This document shows, piece by piece, positions 1 through 6,707 of a stretch of DNA of 17,658 nucleotides. Every line of letters begins with the position of its first letter. Position 1 is the stretch's first letter. The stretch lies in assembly GCA_964496765.1 (NCBI GenBank), contig CAZCAP010000007.1, positions 1 to 17,658 of the forward strand, written 5' to 3'. The stretch is from an uncultured archaeon. Lineage in GTDB: Archaea; Iainarchaeota; Iainarchaeia; Iainarchaeales; CSSED10-239. Under the pieces are notes generated by a model. It saw only the letters and a list, made by a program, of their open reading frames with translations. It had not been told where the DNA came from and made no database searches. The translations under genes and the position numbers were made by a program.

Positions 1-2913
1 TGTTTCACAAATTATCTGAGTATATATTCTTGATGTTATAAATGGAGCTGATCCTGCTATCCATTGATTAGTGCCAAGTGGTCCAGATGCAGAACATGCT
101 GTTCTAAGATACCATGGTATACCTGAACCAGAAACAATTTCAGTAGTTCCATCATAATATATATAACCATGATCGGCACAAAATAAATCAGCTTCTGGAT
201 GCATAGGTTCTCCAAGAGCAGGTCCTTTTATTACTTGTCCATTTAATGTAGGATCATCATATATGATATCAAAGACACCACCACCTGCTGGTGATACAGA
301 ACAGTCTCCACTTGCAAGCGTATATACATTTATTGGTGCATCACAATATCCAGAAAATGGAGGATTTGGAGTGTACACAGAAGTATTTATATCTCCACAA
401 TAGTTTGTAATAACATAATTCTGAGTCATTATACTACTTGGACTATATCCCACTTTATATCCTACTGCTTTCAACACTGTGGTTGTTGAAATTGGTATTG
501 GAGTACTATATATTGGTGAACCGGGTTGAAGAGGAGTTGAACCATCTATTGTATAACGTATTTCTGCACCTGTTGTACTAGAATTTAAAACTACTGATTG
601 ACTTGTATCATATGTCCCACCTACTGGATTTGCAGTAGGAGTAGCAACCTTAAGTGTATAAACTTCTGTCATAATTCCACTTGGATTCAGGCCTACTTTA
701 CATGCCTTTGCTTTTAAGGTAGTTGTTGTAGTGATAAGAATAGGAGTTGAATATTGAGATCCAGAACAATCAGGTGTTGAACCATTAGTTCTATAATAAA
801 TTTTTGCACCAGAGGTGGTTGTATTTAAAGTTACTGATAAATTATTATATTTTGTTCCCCCAGATGGATTTGCTGTTGGGGTTGCAACTGTTGGAACTGG
901 ACTAATTACCCAAGTACTAGATCCAGACGCAAAATTGGATGAATTGAAATCATTAGTTGCAGTAAATGTTAATCTATATGTTCCAGAAGTATTACAATCA
1001 AATGGAGTATATGTGTTAAATTGTGGAGAAAGATTAGAGCCTAAATTTATGTCACTAGATCTTACACCACCATTATATCTACAATTAAATGTTGAAGTAT
1101 ATATTACACCTACCTTTAATTCAATATGAACTTTTAATGAATATCTTACTGCAGGTGCATTTGCAAGGGTATTAACATCGACACCAAAGCCACCATTTAA
1201 TGTAGCATTCCCATTAGAAGGAATAACAGTTATTTGCATAGGGTCACTATAACCTGGCATGAAATTTGCAGTTACATTTATATTTCCAACAACAGGACCA
1301 TCTGTTCTATTTGCATCCAGAACACCATCACTCCAATCTACAAATTGATAACCAGTATTCGGAACAGCAGTCACAGTACTTCCATACCCTCCTGAAACAA
1401 CAGTTTGTGGAGTAACCCCACTTATTGAACCATTTGGACCAGCTGTGTAAGTTAGAGTATAATTTGTTACTGTATTAAGTATGAATTCAACACGAATAGT
1501 ATTGTTACGGTTTACATTATAAAAGGTATAATAAGAATGCGTTAATGTCATACCACCTACACCTATAGGTGAGCCATTAACTTTTATAACCCCTACACGA
1601 TAACCTGAATTAGGAGTAAATATAAATGTTTGATTTGCACCAGCAGGAACAGATACAGCACCAGATGGGAAAATAGATCCATTAGGACCAGCAGATGCAA
1701 AAATAATATAATTTGCCACACTTTTAAATGTAGCAGTAATAGTATGATCTTCTATCACATCAACGAAGGTATAAGAAGAAATTGCACCTCCCTCCAGTCC
1801 ATCTATTGTAACTGTATCAATTTCATATCCTGGATCTGCAGTAATTGTATAGGTAATGTCATCATGTTCAATAACAGATGTAACACCAGGCGGTGTTAAG
1901 GTACCACCAACACCACTATTTGCAGTAATTTTATATGTTTTATCACCTATATGCTTACAGTTTACAGTAATTGTATGATCATCTTGTACATTAATAAATG
2001 TATAAGATTCAGTTGGAAAAATACCAACATCATCTATTAAAATACTTTCAATTTCATAACCAGGACCTGGTTTCATCATATAAAGTTGATCATTACCTTG
2101 ATTAACAGTGGTAATACCACTAGGATCTATTGAACAATCAGGACCAGCATCAGATTTAATTGTAAATGTTAATCCAGGAATACTTTCACAATCAGCATGT
2201 ATTGTATGATTTGCCTGAACATTAGTAAAAGTATATATTGAAGTAAGAGGAGTATAACTTATTCCATCTATTAATATAGTTTTTATTTGATAACCAGAGT
2301 CAGCAGAAATGGTATACATCACACTATCTCCATCATTAACAACTGTCATTCCTGCTGGAGCCACAGAACAATTATCCCCATCTGTTGCAATAATTATATA
2401 TGTTGAACCTATACTGGTACAACCAGTAAAATCATATAAACAATTTGTACAAGTTATAGTTCCTGTAAGTAATGGATTAGAAGCACTACAATCAGTAGAT
2501 AATCCTCCAAAATCATCAGTATCACATTGCTCCCATGGTTGATTCACTGTACCATCTCCACAAGATCCTGCTCCTGAACATGCACTAGTATCTATTGAAC
2601 AACCAGTACAAGAAAGGTTACCCGTACCTAATCCAAGACTCGAACAATCTAAACCAGTGTACAATCCCATATTTAGCCCTTCACATTGTTCAGGGGCTTC
2701 AATAATTCCATTAGGACAAACAGGAATAGGATAATTAACATCATCTATCCAACTATTATAATCTATATTTGAGATTTCTGTTGCTTCAGCAGTCTTCTTA
2801 TTTATATTCTGTAAATAAAAAGTTCCTAAAATTATTCCACCAATTACTAATACACCAAGTATTGCTAAAATTTCTATTGATGTCTGGCCTTTACTTTTAT
2901 TTTTAAAAAACAA
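1..2913 (-). CDS. Large surface/adhesin-like protein, 3'-partial (runs off window start). Domains: class III (type IV pilin-like) signal peptide, Cys-rich CGDG-type repeats, five tandem B-repeat-like beta domains, two CHB_HEX_C-like domains
   Basis: I reverse-complemented and translated every 60-nt block by hand: 971 codons from TTG at 2913-2911 to position 1 with no stop. GGTGAT Shine-Dalgarno at 2924-2919, 5 nt upstream of the TTG. N-terminus is MFFKNKSKGQTSIEILAILGVLVIGGIILG (KGQ then a hydrophobic helix, Q at +1, E at +5), like archaeal EppA-type prepilins. SCGDGTVNQPWEQCD resembles the Myxococcus-type Cys-rich repeat. GYQFVDWSDG...NINVTANF resembles the InlB B-repeat / Flg_new family. 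ATPTANPxGGTY...IYYTxDGSTP resembles the chitobiase C-terminal (CHB_HEX_C) domain. Confidence 0.8.
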   Translation of the reverse strand, partial: MFFKNKSKGQTSIEILAILGVLVIGGIILGTFYLQNINKKTAEATEISNIDYNSWIDDVNYPIPVCPNGIIEAPEQCEGLNMGLYTGLDCSSLGLGTGNLSCTGCSIDTSACSGAGSCGDGTVNQPWEQCDTDDFGGLSTDCSASNPLLTGTITCTNCLYDFTGCTSIGSTYIIIATDGDNCSVAPAGMTVVNDGDSVMYTISADSGYQIKTILIDGISYTPLTSIYTFTNVQANHTIHADCESIPGLTFTIKSDAGPDCSIDPSGITTVNQGNDQLYMMKPGPGYEIESILIDDVGIFPTESYTFINVQDDHTITVNCKHIGDKTYKITANSGVGGTLTPPGVTSVIEHDDITYTITADPGYEIDTVTIDGLEGGAISSYTFVDVIEDHTITATFKSVANYIIFASAGPNGSIFPSGAVSVPAGANQTFIFTPNSGYRVGVIKVNGSPIGVGGMTLTHSYYTFYNVNRNNTIRVEFILNTVTNYTLTYTAGPNGSISGVTPQTVVSGGYGSTVTAVPNTGYQFVDWSDGVLDANRTDGPVVGNINVTANFMPGYSDPMQITVIPSNGNATLNGGFGVDVNTLANAPAVRYSLKVHIELKVGVIYTSTFNCRYNGGVRSSDINLGSNLSPQFNTYTPFDCNTSGTYRLTFTATNDFNSSNFASGSSTWVISPVPTVATPTANPSGGTKYNNLSVTLNTTTSGAKIYYRTNGSTPDCSGSQYSTPILITTTTTLKAKACKVGLNPSGIMTEVYTLKVATPTANPVGGTYDTSQSVVLNSSTTGAEIRYTIDGSTPLQPGSPIYSTPIPISTTTVLKAVGYKVGYSPSSIMTQNYVITNYCGDINTSVYTPNPPFSGYCDAPINVYTLASGDCSVSPAGGGVFDIIYDDPTLNGQVIKGPALGEPMHPEADLFCADHGYIYYDGTTEIVSGSGIPWYLRTACSASGPLGTNQWIAGSAPFITSRIYTQIICET
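409..885 (-). repeat. Two tandem ~78-aa protein-domain repeats (CHB_HEX_C-like) inside the adhesin CDS
   Basis: Copy 1 (885..652) is ATPTANPSGGTKYNNLSVTLNTTTSGAKIYYRTNGSTP...MTEVYTL. Copy 2 (645..409) is ATPTANPVGGTYDTSQSVVLNSSTTGAEIRYTIDGSTP...MTQNYVI. Both are clearly alignable by eye. Confidence 0.65.
1261..2400 (-). repeat. Five tandem ~75-aa divergent beta-domain repeats (InlB B-repeat-like) inside the adhesin CDS
   Basis: The pattern recurs five times: [Y/F]x[I/L]xx...G[GP]xx[ST]...PxG...V..G......[ST]A.[PS]GY.I......DG........YTFxNV...HTIxxxF/C. The last copy carries the GYQFVDWSDG...VTANF signature. Confidence 0.6.
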
Positions 2914-2969
2914 ATCTCATCACCCTATATATTTTTCCTATTTTATAATTATTTATAATTATATAAAAG

Positions 2970-2985
2970 ACATTAAGTTTATAAA
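2970..2985 (-). promoter_or_regulatory. Putative TATA/promoter module of the adhesin gene (copy 1 of a duplicated 5' module)
   Basis: Plus-strand acattaagtttataaa is identical to 3721..3736. On the minus strand it reads TTTATAAACTTAATGT, about 65 nt upstream of the TTG start. Because the TATA core is palindromic, its orientation is not certain. Confidence 0.4.
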
Positions 2986-3066
2986 GGTTATTCTTTAAGA
3001 AAGATTTTGTGTTATTCTTCAATTTATTTAATATAACAATACTAAAAATTAAATTGGAGAGATAAA

Positions 3067-3657
3067 TTAAATATCATCTACAGAAAATACACAATCTGGA
3101 TTTTCTGAACAATCTTCTTCACAGAAAACAGATTCAGCTACACAGAAATCAAATTCAGTATCCACACAGGAATTACATTCCGTAACTAAATTACAATAAC
3201 CATCACCACAATACCCCATTCCCGTGCACAAATAGGATTCATCACAATCTAGATTACAAGTAAAGCATTCTCCTAGCTTTGCATCATAAGTTCCATTACC
3301 ACACAATCCAGGTTCACAAACACCACAATCTTCAGGACAAACATTTAATCCATCCTGGTCATCCAGGTCATCTTGACAAACCTCTGTTCCATTACAAACA
3401 TTATCTCCACAGCAGGGAGTTGGGGAACCAGGAACACAACCCACTCCTCCACCATAGTCAGTATCATCAACTGCATCTAGGTTTAAATCATTACCAAGTT
3501 CATTTGTATTGCTTATAATTTCAGTAGCTTGACCAGTTCTTTTATTTCAACTAGATAAAGAAAAAACTCCAAAGATGATTGCACCAATAACTAAAAAACC
3601 AATAAGAAGTAAAATCTCAATTGAAATCTATGCTTTTTGTTTATTTCTAAAAAACAA
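3067..3657 (-). pseudogene. Paralog of the adhesin 5' module fused to a Cys-rich domain, interrupted by in-frame TAG (3630-3628) and TGA (3549-3547)
   Basis: It shares the same GGTGAT SD (3668-3663), the same 5-nt spacer and the same TTG TTT TTT start as the upstream gene. Translation is MFFRNKQKA*ISIEILLLIGFLVIGAIIFGVFSLSS*NKRTGQATEIISN..., continuing in the same frame into track ORF 3067..3444. That ORF is Cys-rich with CGNG, CGDGYC and CPEDC motifs. The TAG aligns with the Gln (CAG) at the +1 cleavage position of the paralog. Confidence 0.6.
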
Positions 3658-3720
3658 ATTTAATCACCAATTTTATTATTCATTAATAAATATTATATAC
3701 TTTATTAACTATAATAAAAT

Positions 3721-3736
3721 ACATTAAGTTTATAAA
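3721..3736 (-). promoter_or_regulatory. Putative TATA/promoter module (copy 2), upstream of the interrupted pilin-like gene
   Basis: 16/16 identity with 2970..2985. On the minus strand the match extends to TTTATAAACTTAATGTnTTTTAT (23/24). It lies about 72 nt upstream of the TTG at 3657. Confidence 0.4.
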
Positions 3737-3743
3737 TGTAATT

Positions 3744-4760
3744 TTAATAATCAAACAAACCTTTTTGGGATATAAATTCTATTGATCTTGCTGGTTTGTT
3801 TAATTTCTTCTGTATACTCTTTGCAAGCTCTTCCTTAAATCCATGCATTGTGTAAACTTCTTTTGGATTTACGTCTTCAACGAATTTTAAAAGATTAGGA
3901 TAATCACAGTGATCTGAAAGATGGTAAACCTTGCTTGAACGATTGTAGTTCCAACCTGTTGCTACGTAAGAACTTACCTCTTTGTTTAGTTGATGGGAAA
4001 GAGAATTAATTAGATCCTTTGAAATTAGATTAAGAGGAAGAATAAGAATATTATTTTCTGAAAGATTGTGGTCTAGGAGTTCATATTGTCCAAGAAATAT
4101 AGCATTCTTTTCATAAACCTTTGAATAGTTATAGGTGTCCTTATCAACAACTGGTTTTTCATTTAAATATTTATTCACTAAATTAATTAATTCTTGATTT
4201 TTACCAAGAGTATACCCACCAATTAATACAAACTTATTATTATCTATATCTTTTTTAATGGATTTAGAAAAATCATTATAAATATCATCTCTATTCCCAA
4301 AAGAGAACCCAGGTTTCCCAAAAGTAGATTCCATAATAAGTATATCTGCATTTATTGGTTCTGCTGCTTTTAAAAATAAAGAATCCACATTATTAAAATC
4401 TCCTGTATAGAGAATGGTCTTCCCTGTTTCATCATCCTCAATGAAAAACATTGTGCTTCCTAGTATGTGTCCAGCATTAAGAGGAGTAATTCTAATGGTA
4501 TCATTTATTTTTATTTTTTTATTATAATTAACTTCAGTAAAATTATTTATATTTTTTTGTTTAATTTTATTTTGAACATCTCTAATTAGAGAAATAGTTT
4601 CTTTGCTTGCAAATGTGTTTTGAGTAGTGGATGCAAGATGATCAGAATGGGAATGAGTTATAAATGAATCAATCTCATCATCATGGGATTTAGATTGATC
4701 AATATGTATTTTTTTGTTTTTATCAGCTATTGATAAAAAGTTATTATAATGAATTTGCAT
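3744..4760 (-). CDS. Metallo-beta-lactamase fold / beta-CASP family nuclease, in the size class of ligase-associated DNA-damage-response exonucleases
   Basis: Complete 338-aa ORF ending in TAA. GGAGGAG SD upstream. MBL motifs present: THSHSDH (HxHxDH), NAGHILGS, YTGDF. Beta-CASP-like motifs present: MESTFG, LSDHCDYPNLLKF, YTMHG. Confidence 0.7.
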   Translation of the reverse strand: MQIHYNNFLSIADKNKKIHIDQSKSHDDEIDSFITHSHSDHLASTTQNTFASKETISLIRDVQNKIKQKNINNFTEVNYNKKIKINDTIRITPLNAGHILGSTMFFIEDDETGKTILYTGDFNNVDSLFLKAAEPINADILIMESTFGKPGFSFGNRDDIYNDFSKSIKKDIDNNKFVLIGGYTLGKNQELINLVNKYLNEKPVVDKDTYNYSKVYEKNAIFLGQYELLDHNLSENNILILPLNLISKDLINSLSHQLNKEVSSYVATGWNYNRSSKVYHLSDHCDYPNLLKFVEDVNPKEVYTMHGFKEELAKSIQKKLNKPARSIEFISQKGLFDY

Positions 4761-4822
4761 AAATAATTTACATCTCCTCCTAAATGTAGTTACTGGAATA
4801 GTTTATAAACATTTATTCTCCT

Positions 4823-4833
4823 AAGTATATAAG
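4823..4833 (+). promoter_or_regulatory. TATA box for the tRNA-Trp gene
   Basis: The sequence aagtatataag is centred about 22-23 nt upstream of tRNA position 1 (4851), which is typical archaeal TATA-to-start spacing. Confidence 0.5.
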
Positions 4834-4850
4834 ACCGATAAACAATCTAT

Positions 4851-5047
4851 GGGGATATAGGGTAGTCCGGTCTAGCCTAACAGGCTCCAGACTGATACTT
4901 TCTTGAAAAAGAAGGGTTCTGGAACGCAGGATGGTTTTTAAAAAAAACCAAATGATTGAAAAATACAAGTTTGTCTGAAAAAGAAATTTTTCGGAAGAAC
5001 AGAAAGGGAGAAACTTGTTGACCCGGGTTCAAATCCCGGTGTCCCCA
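4851..5047 (+). tRNA. tRNA-Trp (anticodon CCA) interrupted by a 122-nt intron at the canonical 37/38 position; no encoded CCA
   Basis: Folded by hand. Acceptor GGGGATA / TGTCCCC (one G-U pair), discriminator A. U8 and A14 present. D stem GGGT/GCCT, with GG in the D loop. Anticodon stem ACAGG (4880-4884) / CTTGT (5014-5018). Anticodon loop CT-CCA-G. T arm CCGGG-TTCAAAT-CCCGG. Confidence 0.85.
4891..5012 (+). other. tRNA-Trp intron with a bulge-helix-bulge splice junction
   Basis: Central 4-bp helix: C32-U33-C34-C35 (4885-4888) pairs with GGAG (5007-5010). It is flanked by two 3-nt bulges, A36-G37-a4891 on one strand and a5011-a5012-a5013 on the other. Cleavage after the second bulge nucleotide on each side gives an intron of 4891..5012. 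The outer intron helix is weak (c4892-g5006 and t4893-a5005 only). Confidence 0.65.
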
Positions 5048-5062
5048 TATTTCTAATTAATT

Positions 5063-6466
5063 TTATCTTAGGCCTTTATCTTTTAGGAAACAATTTCTAC
5101 AATTTTCTGGAATAGTTACTGGATATTCTCCTGATACACAAGCTGTGCAAAGATCTCTCCTAATTGCTTTTTTTAAATCTTCAACATCAGAATAAACAAC
5201 TTCATTTGCATTCATGTAATCTCTTATCTCTGGAATTTTTTTATTATGTGCTATGAGTTCTAGATCCGTTGACATATCAATTCCATAAAAACAAGGATAC
5301 TTAATTGGTGGACAGGATGAAACAAAAACAATATTTTTTGCACCAGCATCTCTTAATAACTTAATTATTCTTTTTGAGGTTGTTCCACGAACAATACTAT
5401 CATCCACGAGAAGTATATTCTTATCCTTAACAATTGAGATGATTGGATTAAGCTTGATGTGAACTCCTGAAATTCTATTTTCCTGAGAAGGCATAATAAA
5501 TGTTCTTCCAATATATCTATTTTTAATTAAACCCTCTCTATGTTTAATTTTAAGAACCTCTGATAGCTTAAATGCACAACTTCTTGATGTATCAGGAACA
5601 GGAACAACAACATCTATTTTGTATTTTTCAATAAGCTTTTCTCTCTTAATTCTCTCCCCCAACAGAACACCTAGAGCAAGACGTGCCTTGTACACAGATC
5701 TTTCTTCAATCATTGATTCTGGTCTTGCAAAATACACCCATTCAAACATACAATGTGCTTTTTGTTTTACATTAAATACTTTTGTTTGAATATTCATATT
5801 ATCCTTGGAAATAAAAATTACTTCTCCGGGAGCAGAATCTCTTATAAATTGGAAATCAAGTGTTTGAATAACAACTGATTCTGAAGAAAGAATATATCCT
5901 TCATTGTATTTACCAATTACAAGTGGTCTTATTCCATGGGAGTCTCTTATGGAGAATAGGCCTTTATTTGGAATCACACCAACAATAGAATAAGCTCCTT
6001 CGAGTGTATCTAATATTTTTTTGGATGCTAAAAAAACATCTTTTGTTTTTTTGTATTCTTGAGTAAACACATGTAAGATAAGTTCACAATCAGAGGTAGT
6101 GTTGAAAACAATTCCATTATCTTCAAGTTCTTTCTTTAAATTAAAATAATTAGTTATATTACCATTAAACCCAAGAGCTATTTTTGTTTCATCATCAACC
6201 AATGGTTGAACATTGGTTAATCCTGTTGAACCAATGGTTGCATATCTTGTGTGCCCAATTCCTATTTTACCTTTAAGTCCAAGAAGATCTTCTTCACTAA
6301 AAGAATTAAGAACTAGATTATTATCTTTTTTAAAATAAACCTCATCACCATCAATGGTTGAGATTCCACAGGCATCCTGTCCTCTATGTTGAAGAGTTAC
6401 AAGACTAAAATAAAGTTTAGATGCGACTGGATTTGTATTATCAATAATTCCAACAATTCCACACAT
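5063..6466 (-). CDS. purF: Amidophosphoribosyltransferase (glutamine PRPP amidotransferase)
   Basis: 467-aa ORF starting MCGIVGI (N-terminal Cys nucleophile, no propeptide). PRPP-binding region ILLVDDSIVRGTT. C-terminal Cys residues consistent with FeS-type PurF. Ends in TAA. Confidence 0.93.
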   Translation of the reverse strand: MCGIVGIIDNTNPVASKLYFSLVTLQHRGQDACGISTIDGDEVYFKKDNNLVLNSFSEEDLLGLKGKIGIGHTRYATIGSTGLTNVQPLVDDETKIALGFNGNITNYFNLKKELEDNGIVFNTTSDCELILHVFTQEYKKTKDVFLASKKILDTLEGAYSIVGVIPNKGLFSIRDSHGIRPLVIGKYNEGYILSSESVVIQTLDFQFIRDSAPGEVIFISKDNMNIQTKVFNVKQKAHCMFEWVYFARPESMIEERSVYKARLALGVLLGERIKREKLIEKYKIDVVVPVPDTSRSCAFKLSEVLKIKHREGLIKNRYIGRTFIMPSQENRISGVHIKLNPIISIVKDKNILLVDDSIVRGTTSKRIIKLLRDAGAKNIVFVSSCPPIKYPCFYGIDMSTDLELIAHNKKIPEIRDYMNANEVVYSDVEDLKKAIRRDLCTACVSGEYPVTIPENCRNCFLKDKGLR

Positions 6467-6518
6467 AAATAATATAATGTATAGATTGGATTTAAATAGG
6501 TTTTGAGATCACAAAAGC

Positions 6519-6540
6519 GTCCAAGAAATATAACAATAAA
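6519..6540 (-). repeat. Intergenic element A, copy 1 (upstream of purF)
   Basis: gtccaagaaatataacaataaa matches 7384..7405 at 21 of 22 positions. On the minus strand it reads TTTATTGTTATATTTCTTGGAC, at -74 to -53 from the purF ATG. Confidence 0.6.
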
Positions 6541-6545
6541 TCAGT

Positions 6546-6707
6546 TTAAAAGTTAATTAACTTCTTTTGCTCTTTACTCCATTTCTGATTTGACGTCTTT
6601 TTTATATATTCAACATACTTATCTATAAACTTTAGTCTTTGCTCAAAGTTTTTTTCTTTTTCTTTATCTAATTGCTTTAGATTGACTACAGGAAACTTAT
6701 TTGTCAT
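6546..6707 (-). CDS. Hypothetical 53-aa Lys/Glu-rich protein, translationally coupled to the upstream nucleotidyltransferase-fold gene
   Basis: Its ATG (6707-6705) overlaps the TGA (6706-6704) of the preceding gene as ATGA. Translation: MTNKFPVVNLKQLDKEKEKNFEQRLKFIDKYVEYIKKTSNQKWSKEQKKLINF, with TAA at 6548-6546. It is below the ORF-track length cutoff and I recognise no family. Confidence 0.35.
   Translation of the reverse strand: MTNKFPVVNLKQLDKEKEKNFEQRLKFIDKYVEYIKKTSNQKWSKEQKKLINF

Noticed and set aside
815-2542. Plus-strand track ORFs 815..1129, 1630..1899 and 2309..2542
   Set aside because: All lie antisense to the continuous 971-codon minus-strand frame. They have low-complexity or odd composition and no start context. 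They are shadow ORFs of the adhesin gene.
2918-2920. ATG as the start of the adhesin gene
   Set aside because: As the sequence stands, this ATG is in a different frame and reaches TAA after 5 codons. It also overlaps the SD, leaving no spacer. It is kept only as the phase-variation or assembly-error alternative described in the findings.
3279-3518. His-rich plus-strand ORF (MHHKFHYHTIQVHKHHN...)
   Set aside because: It is antisense to the Cys/Asp-rich coding region. The His richness is simply the complement of GTG/ATG/TGT-type codons. No SD or promoter is present.
3547-3630. Possibility that the in-frame TAG and TGA reflect stop-codon reassignment (alternative genetic code)
   Set aside because: TAG cleanly terminates the kinase-fold gene at 15256-15258. 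TGA terminates the NTase-fold gene (6704-6706), the 92-aa gene (8153-8155) and the SGNH hydrolase (12958-12960), all at lengths expected for full-size proteins. No other gene in the window has an internal stop. The standard code fits, so the interrupted gene is better explained as a pseudogene or a population variant.
4088-4101. 14-nt exact match to element A (gtccaagaaatata) inside the MBL/beta-CASP coding region
   Set aside because: It is embedded in frame in a conserved-looking CDS (AIFLGQYELL) and the similarity decays right after the 14-mer. It is possibly an internal site, but I cannot distinguish it from coincidence, so it is not counted as a third copy.
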